Shown here: piece by piece, positions 51,048-62,327 of the stretch
How the letters are laid out: each line of letters begins with the position of its first letter
Numbering within the stretch: the stretch's first letter is position 1
From: Moniliella sp. 'wahieum'
Lineage: Eukaryota
Assembly (NCBI GenBank): GCA_003971905.1
Contig: RSEE01000047.1
Span: 62,001-126,000, forward strand
Direction: 5' to 3'
DNA length: 64,000 nucleotides
Notes under the pieces: generated by a model
Seen by the model: the letters and a program-made list of their open reading frames with translations, nothing else
Told to the model about the DNA's origin: nothing
Database searches by the model: none
Made by a program: the position numbers and the translations under genes

Positions 51048-52053
51048 ATAACCAGATTGAAACACCCTTGTCTCTCTGCTCTGTTCTGCCCTCCCTTTGC
51101 TATGAACGGACTCTGCACCCCATCTACCCTTCCGTACGGGATACCAGTGAGGGTATAGCGTACAGCCAACTGGAGGATAGGGACCTGCCGTAAGGGTCGG
51201 CATAGACGCCTTTTGCGCGGCATGATGGGCGCCGATGTTGACAGTGAACGGGTTTATCGCCGAACATCATGCACTGCAGCACCACGTAGGGAGAGGCCGC
51301 AACCAAGGGTACCAGATGCCGACTGCGGCGCTTGCCGTCGGCTGGGCGTTCATGCAACTCAGCATCATCCCAGTGCGTGCTGGACGGGACAGTGCGGCGC
51401 ATATATAACACTCCTACGGTTTCACTTGTCCTTGCAGATGCCCCCGAAAGTCCTGGGTAGCAATGTCATGAGGATGTGATTTTTGCTAATGCGGCGTGAG
51501 AGGAAGACACGGGGACGCATTGCGGTGGCGTGTGGGCATGGAGAGGCGTGACGGCCAAGTCGGGGGGTGGGGATGGAACACGCAAGCCATCTAGGAACCC
51601 GAAGGGGAGGGGGGCCGTTATGAGGAGGGAGGGGGGCACGGTCTACCCAGTAGCCTACCTCAACCAGCTGGGCATTGAAAAGATTGGGAGGCATAACAAA
51701 AGAATTTGCAATGGGGCATGCAAGTCGAGAGGATGCTGGGAACTCTTCACGAGGCCAATGGTCTTCGACCGTGCGGCTTGGCCCTCAAAGGGCAAACGAA
51801 GGGTGGGTGGCAGAGACTGTTGGAAGAGAATGTAGAGCCTGAGACACGCACATGCAAGTGACGGGATATGGTAGGCAAAGCCAAGATCACGAGACCACTC
51901 CCATAAGGCGATTCCAGAAAAACGGGAGCGGAACACCACCCAAGGCCGTCAAAGAGAGGGTGGCTCATGAGAAAGAAGGTGAAAGGGTTGGAAGGTAGTG
52001 TGATATGGGTGGTAGGCAGCGGAAAAGAAGGTTACGGCGGCCTTAGCTCTCAC

Positions 52054-53874
52054 TCATGACTCTTCCATTGCGACTCGACAAAGGTGGTGCTCAAAGGTTC
52101 GTCGGGGGTACCTCCCCCTTAGGTCGGCATGCCTCGCGGCCAGACGCCGGTGGATGGCGGCGAGCTTCGCGCGATCGTTGTCCCGTTCGGTCATTGAAGA
52201 CACGATCCATATCCTCCAGCCGGACCCCCTTGGTTTCTGGGAGGCAGAAGATGATCCAAGGGATGGAGACGGCTGCGAAACAGGCATAAAAGACAAATGC
52301 ACCATACCCCGTCTTGTTGACCAACTCGGGGGTGATGATCCCCACGACCCAGTTCCACCACCAATTGCTGATCACCGCATAGGCCACCCCCTTGGACCGA
52401 AGCGACTGGGGGAACAGTTCGCTCGGCATGGCCCACCCAATCGGGCCCCAAGACATGCCGTACATGACCATATACACAATCAGCATTGCGACACCAACCC
52501 AGCCGGCGGCGCGATGCTCAGGCCAGCTGTGCTGGTAAAGCCCCGTCAACACGGCCACAACCACCAGCGAGGCGGTCGTCCAAGCCGACCCCCACAGCAA
52601 CAACGGTTTGCGACCCACATGGTCCATCAAAAAGAGAGAGATGATGACGCCGACCCACTGGGCAATGTTGGTCACACCACTCAGCTCCAGCTGAAGATTG
52701 TAAGCCAATCCCAATTGCTGAAAGAGCGAAGGGGCATAGTAAATCAGACTGTTGATACCAATCATCTGTTGGAAGAACATGATGATGATACCGATCCACG
52801 TGCGCTTGGCGCACCCAGGCCGGAAACAGTCGATCCAGGCAGCCACCTCAATTTTCAGCTGACGGTGACGTACGTCGGGCTTGTACAAGTTCGGGTGCCG
52901 TTCGCGACTGGTCTGTTCCTGCAGCTCGACTTGGGCAATAATTTCGAGCAATTCGGCCTGGACGCGGATATATCCTCAGTACTCCGGTTGCGCAGCTTGG
53001 CCACGGTGAGCAGGGCCTGGTGGTGCGCATCGGGCCCACCCTTTTGAACCCACCAGCGGGGAGAGTCGGGCAGCAGAAAGCTGAGCCCCATGAGCAGGAT
53101 ACCGGGGACCATCTGCACCAAGAGCGGCAAGCGGAAGGACCAGTCGGAATCGATGTAGCGTGTGCCAAAGGTAAACCAGTATGCCACCACGATGCCGCCG
53201 ACAATTGAGAACTCTTCCGAAGCCAACACAAAGCCGCGAATCGACGTTGGGGCAATCTCGGCCATGTAGAGGGGTGCGGTCATGGACAGAACACCAATCC
53301 CAATGCCGCCAACGAAGCGACCAACGACAAACTGGGCATAGTCGTACGAGCTGCACTGGAGAATGGCGCCAATGGTGAACCAGACGACACCCTGCTGGAT
53401 GGAACGTCGACGACCCAGCCTGTCCGCTACATAGCCGGCGATGATCGCACCAATGACTGCACCCAGCTCGAGGAGGGCAGTGACGATGCCCTTGTAGAGA
53501 CCGGAACTGTGGTGGCCAGGAGCGACCTTGGGGAACTGAGCGAGGAAGTGGTCCATGGTAAGAGTGACACTCATGATACCCTGGTCGACACCAAAGAGGA
53601 AGCCCGAGAGGGAGGCAAAAAAGGCACAGGCGAGGACAAATTTGTTCTCCATAAGCGAGAAGCGACTTTCGGTGTCTCCCCGGGTGAGAAGGGCGAGAAC
53701 GTCGGAGGCAGAGCTTTCATGGTCGCGCGACTCAAAGACGGGCTGACGGACATGCTTCTCGTCGAACGCAGAGGCGGAAGAGGGGGGCTGGACGGCGGTG
53801 ATATCGATCTCGGAGATGGGGGTCTTGGCCTCGCCGGCCACGGCCGTGGGCTCGGGAGAGAGGTGGTCGGCCAT
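52054..53874 (-). CDS. MFS sugar porter family transporter; end approximate
   Basis: 'SLSGFLFGVDQG', 'ADRLGRRRSI', 'GRFVGGIGIG', 'PLYMAEIAPTSIRG', 'LPDSPRW', 'FFQQMIGINSLIYYAP', 'SWGPIGWAMPSELFPQSLRSKG', 'PETKGVRLEDMD'. Confidence 0.95.
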
Positions 53875-55993
53875 GGTGGGGCGGGGGCTGCAGGGAAGCA
53901 AGGTGGGGGGGCGAGCAGGACAAGCAAGGGGAGGAGGCTGGAGAAAGAAGGTGTGGTAGAGAAGGAAGTGGGCGTGGCTACCGACGCGGCCTGCCGCTGG
54001 CGGCTGCTGCTGCTAAGGCCAGTCGGGGCGAGCCTTATCACAACACCAGCGCCATGCGGCCCCCCGATCGCCCCGACCAGCAGCCGAAGGGTTACGTAGC
54101 AGCCGCTGGACACTGCGCTCCCGCCCGCGGCCACGCCTGACTCAAGTAAGGCGTCGAAGGGGGAGCACACACTGATGAGGTGCCGGGGTGCCCTGTGCAG
54201 GCACCAGGGTGCAGCCGATCCTCTCAGCAGCGCGCCAGTTGAAGCCAGACCCACCGCCCTGCGCGGGGCAGGCCAGCAGAGGCCACACTGGGGGGTGCTA
54301 CCTCGGAAGCTGGCGCATCTCATGTCTGACGTGTGCCGCGTGCCGCGTGACGCGTGACGCGTGACGCCTGGAGCGCCGACGCGCTTTTGCACCGAGGATG
54401 GGCCCCAGAAAAAAAGGCTCCGCTCTTGCTCCATCTCCGCGAGGTGTGCACTGGACCTCGGGACGACGTTCAAGGACCGGACCGGGCCCTGCCAACATGT
54501 TCAACTTGAACACCCAGCCAGCAGAGGAAATGCTGCTTGTTCATCGAAACTATCCCACGTCCCAAACGTGTTTCTTTTCTGCCGCATTTGAGGCGTTGAG
54601 CGAGAGCGCTGAGTGCTGAGGCGCCGAGATCTGAGACCGCGGGTGTGCCAAGATTTGCCGCTTCGATCTCACAGTGCTCCTTCAGTAATACTTGTTCCAA
54701 TCGCCCGGCCGTGATAACATTTTGACCACCTTCTCTCCAATATCAATAGCATCACTAAGTACTAAGTACTAACATCACTAACATGTAACACTCAGTTTAG
54801 CACACCCGTCTTTTTTCACGGACTGTGTCGGGATACCATTGCAAACCTTAATATTCTTGCGGGGCATCTTGCTCGAGGCTCTGCCACGGCTTCAAGCGTT
54901 TCCAGCTCCGCCCTGCTCCCCCTCAATTTTTTGTGCGCAGGCCCGTCCTGGGCTGCGCCAGCGTGCCACCAGGGCCACCCGTCCAGCACTGGACAGTTTG
55001 TGTTGGGCAAGCCAGTTGTCACAGTGACTAGTGACATGACGCACTTGGCCGTTGCGCAAACGGATTGTCCATTTTTCCAGCACTGCACCATTTGTCATCG
55101 CGACCAGTATCACGAGTTGCTCGCATGCTCGTGTGACAGGCACATGTGAAGCTTGAAGCCGGCGGAATAGATCCAGCCAGCATGGACTCTGTGAAGGCGT
55201 CTGAAACCCTTCGGCCTCGGGCTTCATCGGCCGGTCACTGGTCACCCTCACCGCACGTCGGGCATGATGCATGATGCATGAGATCGATGATGAATGAGAT
55301 CCGAGATACCTGCAATCGTACTCCTTTGCCTTCTGGTGAAGTGCTGCGTGTTTGGCAATTCACGTTGAATGTGTTGAACATATAGCTGAACGTGAACGTC
55401 GTGAACGTTGACCCGCACTTCACGAGCTTTGCCAGCAGCGCTGAGATTAACTATCTCCATGAGAATAGAGTGGGTTGTGGCCTGTATGGGAGTCCGCATA
55501 TTACATTTCGCCGTGCACATGCCATTGTGGTGCCGTCATACATTAAAGAGCCGTCCACCCCCCCCCCTCAGCTGAACTGTGAGGGTAGAAGTCAAGGAGG
55601 GGCGAGACGGAGCACATCGGACATGGGATGGAAAGAGAGAAGGGAGGTTTATTAGGGGGAAATCCAAGCAAAAAATACACGCCAAAAATAGCGAGGCCTG
55701 ACCGGTGACCGGGGCCTGAGCGAAACTCAACGTTCAACGTGTTCACGTTCATCGAGCGATCATCATGACTTGTCCGTACGCATCATCTTGTCGTTTGGTA
55801 GGCCTCGATCCAACCTCCAAACAACTGAATACAGCCAGAACAGTAAAAGAAAAGAATAAGAAAACCCGGTGGGGTCGCACCCACGACGGCAACAGAAATG
55901 ATGCCAAGAGAGCACAAGGCCGAAAAAGAGGTGTGGCGAGAAGCGCCAGTGAACCAATAACTGGAGAGGGTGGGGGGGGCGGAGTCCCACCTC

Positions 55994-58900
55994 TTATGGG
56001 TTGACGCGCAAAAAGTAGAGCAGCATATATAGCGTCGACCCCAAGAAGCGAATGGCACTGGTCAGCCCCACATAGCACAGTACCACCAGCATGTACACTC
56101 CTGGTCGCCCACCGCCGTTTTTGCCGCCGCCGGTATCGTCGCCAACAATGAGGGCCACAAGGGCGCCATTGCAGAGGATCCAGGCAAAGAGGAGGTTGGT
56201 ACGAATGTTTTTGTAATTGTCCAGTTGGATTTGGGTTGGGTCGGGGGCGGGGGCAGGCACGGGCGGGTTGAGTTGCAAGTTGTGCACTGCCTCGGCATAC
56301 AAACTGTCCACATCGCGCTGGGTCGACGGCAAGTCCACCCGTGCCGATGGTTTGTCTTTGCTTGTCGTGGCCCGTGACGTCTTGGCTCGTCGTAGGTCCG
56401 TGCCAGGCGCTTTGTTCTCTCCCTTGGTACCCCACGAAAGGTCGTGCAGGTTACAAAAGGCATACACTTGGAGAATATTGACATAGGTACCGGTCATGAT
56501 CAGGTATTGGGGAAAACTGGTAATGAGGTGAAGCGGATCAAGGGCAATGATGCTGGCAACCACGTACACCCCCACGTCAGCACCATAGCAGCAAGGGTTT
56601 GCCCGTACACGGACGAGGCGGAAATGTCCAGGGACGCGCGCACAAAGCAGAAGACGGCTGCTACCAACATGTATGTTGTCACTGCCAAAAGACATAAAAG
56701 AGGTCAATTGGTTTGGTCCACATGAAGAAAGAGGAAGGGAAATAGAAAACGTACAGACAGCAAAAATGGAAGCTGCCATTGTGTACTTCCATCGTGATGA
56801 CTGGGGCCGATTCCCCAAAGAACAGACAAAAACGAGGCCCAAGGTGGCAATGTAAACATATTTGGTGATGGTGTTGAACACGCCAATTCCATGTAACTTG
56901 AGCTTGGGTTCCTCCAGTGCCGTGGTGATGATACGGAAGAAGAGATAAAGTTCCCGACTGACAGCCAGGAAACGATGAGGTCCAACACATGATACAAGTC
57001 CAGCACCAACAGCCAAAACTTGCGCAGAAACGAGTGCCCGGAGCGACACATCTGCCCCACATGACTCAGGGCATACATACCCGCAAAGAAGGAACCGTTG
57101 AGCCAGCGTCGTCGTTGGGAGATGAACTCGGCCAACCCACTCGGTACGTCGGTCCAAGCCCTGGCTGACTTGACGTACTGCAACCTCCAGGCTGCCCTCG
57201 CCTTGGCCACCAACTCAAAGCATAAGATCCGATCCTCAGCCAAGTACATGTTGGAAGTAAACACGTCCGGATTGTTTCCCAGCGGGTTCTCCCAAGAAAG
57301 TATGAGCCGAGCGGCCCGCGACCATACTCGTCGTTGAGCAACGCCTGGTATCGGTATGCGGAGAACGCACCCGGCAAAACCGACACAAAGCCAAACAGGG
57401 ACTCGGTCGTCTTGTCGAGAATGTTGGAGACTTTGTACTCAAAATTTTGAGATGAAACGAGGGGGTTAAGCAAAGACCAGCCCAAACCCCATTTGCCCTT
57501 GGGATCCGCACAAATCTCTCCGCACGCACCACCCACCGAGGCGTTCTTGTCGAATGCCCGCCAGAGGTGGTAGATCGACTTGGGTTCGGGCCGCGTACCC
57601 GCATCGACCAAGACACACACATTGGGGTTGAGCGTCGGACAAAACGCCTCAAAGAACCAGCGATGGGAATTGATCTTTTTCAGATTCCGTTCTTTGAGAC
57701 AAAACAGAATCTGGATGGGTACCACGCCTTTCTCTGCTCCGCGAAAGCGCAGCTTTGGGTTCAAACTCAACTGGGTCGAATACTCAAACAGATGTGCCTC
57801 GACCGGCTGGTCGTCCACGGCACCCTGGGCAATCCCATCTTGGTACACGCCCATGGCAGCAAGGCAGTCTAGCACACGAGGATGCACGTGGGCTCGCCCA
57901 TCTGCAATAATGGCAACCACAACTTTTTTCCATCCGTCGGGACCCCAGATGGGGGAACGCTTGAGGGAGCAAAGGTGCATAATGTTCTTCATCACTCCGT
58001 GGAGTGTGCGCGTGAAAACTGAGTGCGGGTTAGCGGGCCAAATAACGAAACCGGGGCACGGAGTAAAAGCAACGTACGGACTTCATTCTCATTGTACAGA
58101 GTGAGACAGATGAACAGTTCGGTTGGTCGGTGCATCAGGGCCGAGCGGAGGGTATAGTGCTGCTCGACAAACTGGCGAGGATCGCAGGTCACCGCGTATA
58201 ACGCATGCGCGTAAACTCGGTCGTGTGGGCGGTACCAGCTCGAGCATACGGGAGGGGACAGGACAGTCGATCACCAAGTGGCCCTGGGTAAGACGCACCG
58301 ACTTGTGGGTAAGCGCACGGCGCAAACCGGAACCAGTGCCTACATCAGCATACGAGTCGTGGGACTCGGTCTCGGTGTATTCCCCGCCCTCGTCAGTGTA
58401 GGCACGGGTGGCATGCAAGTCGAGGTAATCTTTCTCTCTTCGCCCAAATAGTTGGTGGGGTGTAGGATGTGGGTGCGTCGTACCCTGAGCTGGAGTAAGC
58501 AGAGGGGTTCCAGTGCACCCCACCCTCGGCCTCGTCGGTAGGCTGCATGTCAATCGCAGTTGAGAGACGCGGGGGCTGGCTCGACCAGCCTTTGGCGCCG
58601 AGGAAGCGGGGCGGGCGTATGCGTGAAGCACGTTGCTGGCATCTTGCAAGCGCGAGCGCAGAACATCTAGGTCCACATCTGGCATCTCATCGTCCATGGC
58701 CTTGGGCAAATGCGCTAGCAATTCCTTCTCTTCGTCGATTGGGTCAGAGTGACGGGAAGGAGACTCTTCCGAATAGGCGGTGAGGGTATACCTTGGGAGG
58801 CTGGCTGGCAGGCCCGCTTGGTGGCTCACGGCCAAAGACCTGGGTATACGCCGAGGGTGGGTTCATCTCGGTGGGTGGCTGGCTGCCTCTCACAGAGGAA

Positions 58901-59514
58901 GGAACGATTGGTCTTGATGCCGGTGCAGGAGGGGGTGCAGGAGGGGATGCAGATACGGGCGCTGCCTCGTACACTACAGGCGCAGGCACAGGCTGATACA
59001 CAGCAGGGGCCGGTGGTGGTTGATATGCCGCCGGAGCAGGCGGTGGCTGGTATGCTGCTGGAGCAGGCGATGGCTGATATGCCACTGGGCTGGCGACGCT
59101 GGTAGTACCCGACTGGGGAACGCGCTGGCTCGTACACGGTAGGTGGCCGGGGCTGCGGTTGGGGCGCCAGTGTGGGGAGTGGCGCAGGTTCGTAGACGGC
59201 GGGGTATGAGTGTGGGCGCGGGGGGGGCGGCGGTGGCGGGGTAGGGCGCGGGATAAGCGAGGGGCTGGTATCCGGCTGCGGGGGCGGGAACGGGGCTGGG
59301 GAGTGTAGATGGGAGAGTGCAAGGCAGGGGGCACGGGGAGAGCGGCCAAGGGTTGTGCTGTGGCTCGTACACTGTGCGCCGAGAAGATGGGAGATGTGGG
59401 GCCGACGAGGCGGTGGGAGGGGCCAAAACCGAGGCGGGATATGGCGTTGCTGTCGGGGCGGCTACCGGGAGGTGGGGGTAGGCGGCGTCCTGGAAGCCGG
59501 GGAGAGGTAGGCAT
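55994..59514 (-). CDS. Chitin synthase (division 1, class I-III type) with Pro-rich N-terminus
   Basis: '[12 protein letters not shown]', '[15 protein letters not shown]', 'LVDAGTRP', '[13 protein letters not shown]', '[11 protein letters not shown]', '[13 protein letters not shown]', 'QRRRWLNGS', '[15 protein letters not shown]'. Introns near 58020-58077 and 56685-56755. Confidence 0.95.
58960..59090 (-). repeat. About 30-bp tandem coding repeat (PAPA[A/V][A/V]YQPxP-like units) in the chitin synthase N-terminus
   Basis: '[41 protein letters not shown]' in ORF 58744..59589. Confidence 0.8.
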
Positions 59515-60394
59515 GGTAGCCCCCCTGCGGCGGTGGGTTGGCCATGTCGATCGGACAGACAGACGGCAGAAGGACGGGCCAAACGACACAATCGCCGATG
59601 GGTCCTGGAAGGAGGTGGCAGGGTCGAGGTGGAGTAAAGAGAGGGCCTTGGGCCGCTGCGGGATTGCTTAACGTTTTTTGCTTAGTGCCTGTCTACTACA
59701 TAGGCCACCCACTACAGGTTGGGCCGCTGTGGGTTTCACAGCCGAGAGGAGAACACCTTTGGTCTCCCTTCGATGATCATATCAGTGAGCGCCTCTGCCC
59801 ACACCGTCTTGCACTGCCCCTCTGGCAGTTTCCATGGATGGTGATCATGATTACTGAGTACGGGCGCCAGCACCACAGGTAGCACAACCCAGCGCCCCAC
59901 AGCACACACATCACGCCCACTGATGTTCTACCAAGGTAGTGAGGCACATGATCGCCATCTGCGCTTCCTACTGCTCCCCAATGCCTCGTCCTAACTGCTG
60001 TGCTGCTGCTGTCCTTACCGCTCGGAACCTGCGGAGGGCCGGTGACCGGTGGCCGGAGACTCGAGTGAAGCTAGCGAGTACTCTGTCTGAGTCCAGTTAG
60101 TCTTGGGCCGAGTACCGGACTGTTGCTGTGCCCGCCAGGCGGGCTGGGAGGGCACTGTGCTTTGGGACACTTTTGTCCATCTCGGGTCTCACATGTCAAC
60201 GCCACAGAAGGGCAAGACTCGAGAAGGCGAAAGTGCTGCGGGTGGGCTTGAGTCGAAATGCATGACCATAGAACCTGCGTCAACAGTTCCGCCGCTGGTC
60301 CAAGCAAAGTCGGCGCGTATTACGTACCCCCTCGCGGAGCGTGTAATTTCAATTGCCAGCCAGCAGACTTGGGAGCTTGGGCGCTGACAGACGC

Positions 60395-60425
60395 TGACCG
60401 GTGACCGGTGACCGGTGACCGGTGA
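60395..60425. repeat. 7-bp-period TNA-palindrome array
   Basis: TGA CCGG TGA CCGG TGA CCGG TGA CCGG TGA. Confidence 0.9.
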
Positions 60426-61121
60426 CCAGCTGATTTGCCCCAAGTGACTAGTGACTCAAGCAGTATAGTCACTCTCGAGTCAGTAATACTCAGTACACTC
60501 AGTAGCAAAAGCTGCACTGAAATAGAAACCCTTCAGAACCCTCTCCTGGCCCCAGGCGTCGGATCATCCTCATCACAGTCGCATATATAGCAAGCCAACA
60601 GCGGACAACCACTTGGTAGCTTGCCCAGCTTATCTTCTTCAGCCGCTTGGGTCTGCCTCCATCCCTCACAGCTGTTGCCCACTCTAGAATCCATCATGTG
60701 TTTCCAAAAACAGATGTATATGATGCCGTATGTTCGTTTGGCTGAACGCGCTGTTTGCTTCCCAACAAACAACGCGTCCTGCCCGCCATACATCATTCTC
60801 ATGTGCCCTTTCACAACTCCATGTCAAAGAAAAGTGATGTCCCTAACGGTCATGGTAGTCAGGGCAACGGTGAGAAAAAGGGAGGATACAAAACGAAAAG
60901 GAGAGATCAGGAGAAACAACACGCATCTTCGTAGATGAACGCAACGGAAGGGGATGCGAAGAGTGTGAAAACTGCGAGCATCAAGGCGAAAACATAAAAA
61001 CAGAAAACAGTGACTGATGAGGATGAGACAATCAGGGTAATACATCCTCAACAATGATACCAGCTGTAATATAGCTGTGAGCCACGCGAGCGGAGGATGG
61101 GTGAACGAGACAAGGTATATA

Positions 61122-61998
61122 TCAAACGACAATCTTGGATGACCGACGAACGTTCTTGCGTTCCCCGGCATCTTCGTGGCTCTGGAACTCGACCGAAGAC
61201 CGGTCGTTCCCTAGGCCTAGGGTATTGACCTTGAACTGCTGTCCCACATCGTAAGTGCGTCGTCCGATGCGGTCCGCATCTGCTTTGGCAGAGGGGGTGG
61301 CGTCCAACGGCGCCCTGGTCCAGACGGAAATACGGTAAAACGTGGGCCGAACAGCCAGGGCCACGCCGGTGACCGCACTCGGTTCATCTAGGCTAGCGGC
61401 AGGTCGAGAACCCACGGGAAAGGGTAGATCGAGCGTCTCCCCAATCGCTCCCAGCATTGTTTTTAGCCAGAAATTGTCAATCATGCTGAGATACTTGTTG
61501 TGGGGGAACTGGACCACCCAGGACCCCCCTCCTACGTTGGCTGGGTCTTCCCAAGCAGGCTGGACGCCGTCGCGGAAGAGGTAGTAGGTAGCCCTTTGGG
61601 TCTGCTTAGAGGGGGGTGGAATGTCAAAGTACAGACTAATGTATGTCTACCAGGTCAGTGTGATCGAGGGGCCAAAAAGGAGAAGCACACGCATACACAT
61701 AGAAGGCCTCAATGCTGTCCACGTCGGCCACTTTGTCCATGCTCTGGCCCCAATGGGACGACGTGACCTTGCGAGTGGCAGCGTGCGGCGTATCGGCATA
61801 GAGGGTCCAGGTGGAGGCAAGCGGGTGCTTGGCAGTATAGTGGACAGGGTCGTCAAAAATGGTCAGTGGGTGCGATGTGCGTTGGGTTGCATCGTGAGGA
61901 GAGGTAGAGGAGCCGGATGCGGGGACATGCGGCTGGACATCGTCGTGGGCGTGGGGGGTGGAGATAGAGAGGTGGGGCTTGGGCGGAAGGGGGACCAT
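61122..61998 (-). CDS. eIF4E-family cap-binding protein (divergent)
   Basis: 'KHPLASTWTLY', 'SHWGQSM', 'YYLFRDGVQPAWEDPANVGGGSW', 'IDNFWLKTMLGAIGETL', 'FYRISVWTR', 'VEFQSH'. One intron about 61636-61695 (GTATGC..CTGAC..TAG) keeps the frame. Confidence 0.9.
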
Positions 61999-62327
61999 GG
62001 CGGGGGCAGGCTGGGCAGGCTGAGGGGGATGGTGGGTGGCGGGATGGAGGAGAGGCTGGGATGCGGCGGCCGAGGCGATGCAGGGGGGGCGGTGGGGCGC
62101 GGATCCCGGGGGTGGGCAAGGGCGCTAGGCACTAGCCCAGTCCTCGAGCTGCCGCTTCCTATGTTAAAGCACGACTGCCTCGCTTGGCTCCACTCGCAAA
62201 TGAAAGTTGCAATCCCCACCCCGCAGCACCACAGGGCACAGGCCGATGATCGCTGACCTGTCCAGTCCCTCCTTCCCGCGGAGGCCGCCCGCCAGTCTAC
62301 GCTGCGACAGACCACCACCTGCCCCGC

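Noticed and set aside
14767..59514. Formin, SMI1, TEM1 and chitin synthase as a septation/cell-wall gene cluster; HSP104 and CDC37 as a chaperone cluster
   Set aside because: The cell-wall genes are interspersed with unrelated genes over 45 kb, and two adjacent chaperones are weak evidence. Nothing beyond chance is shown without synteny data.
60395..60425. Palindromic repeat arrays as CRISPR-like or restriction-site/cloning-linker artefacts
   Set aside because: There are no unique spacers or cas genes, and the locus is eukaryotic. The arrays are dispersed, degenerate and embedded in native promoters, unlike vector polylinkers.
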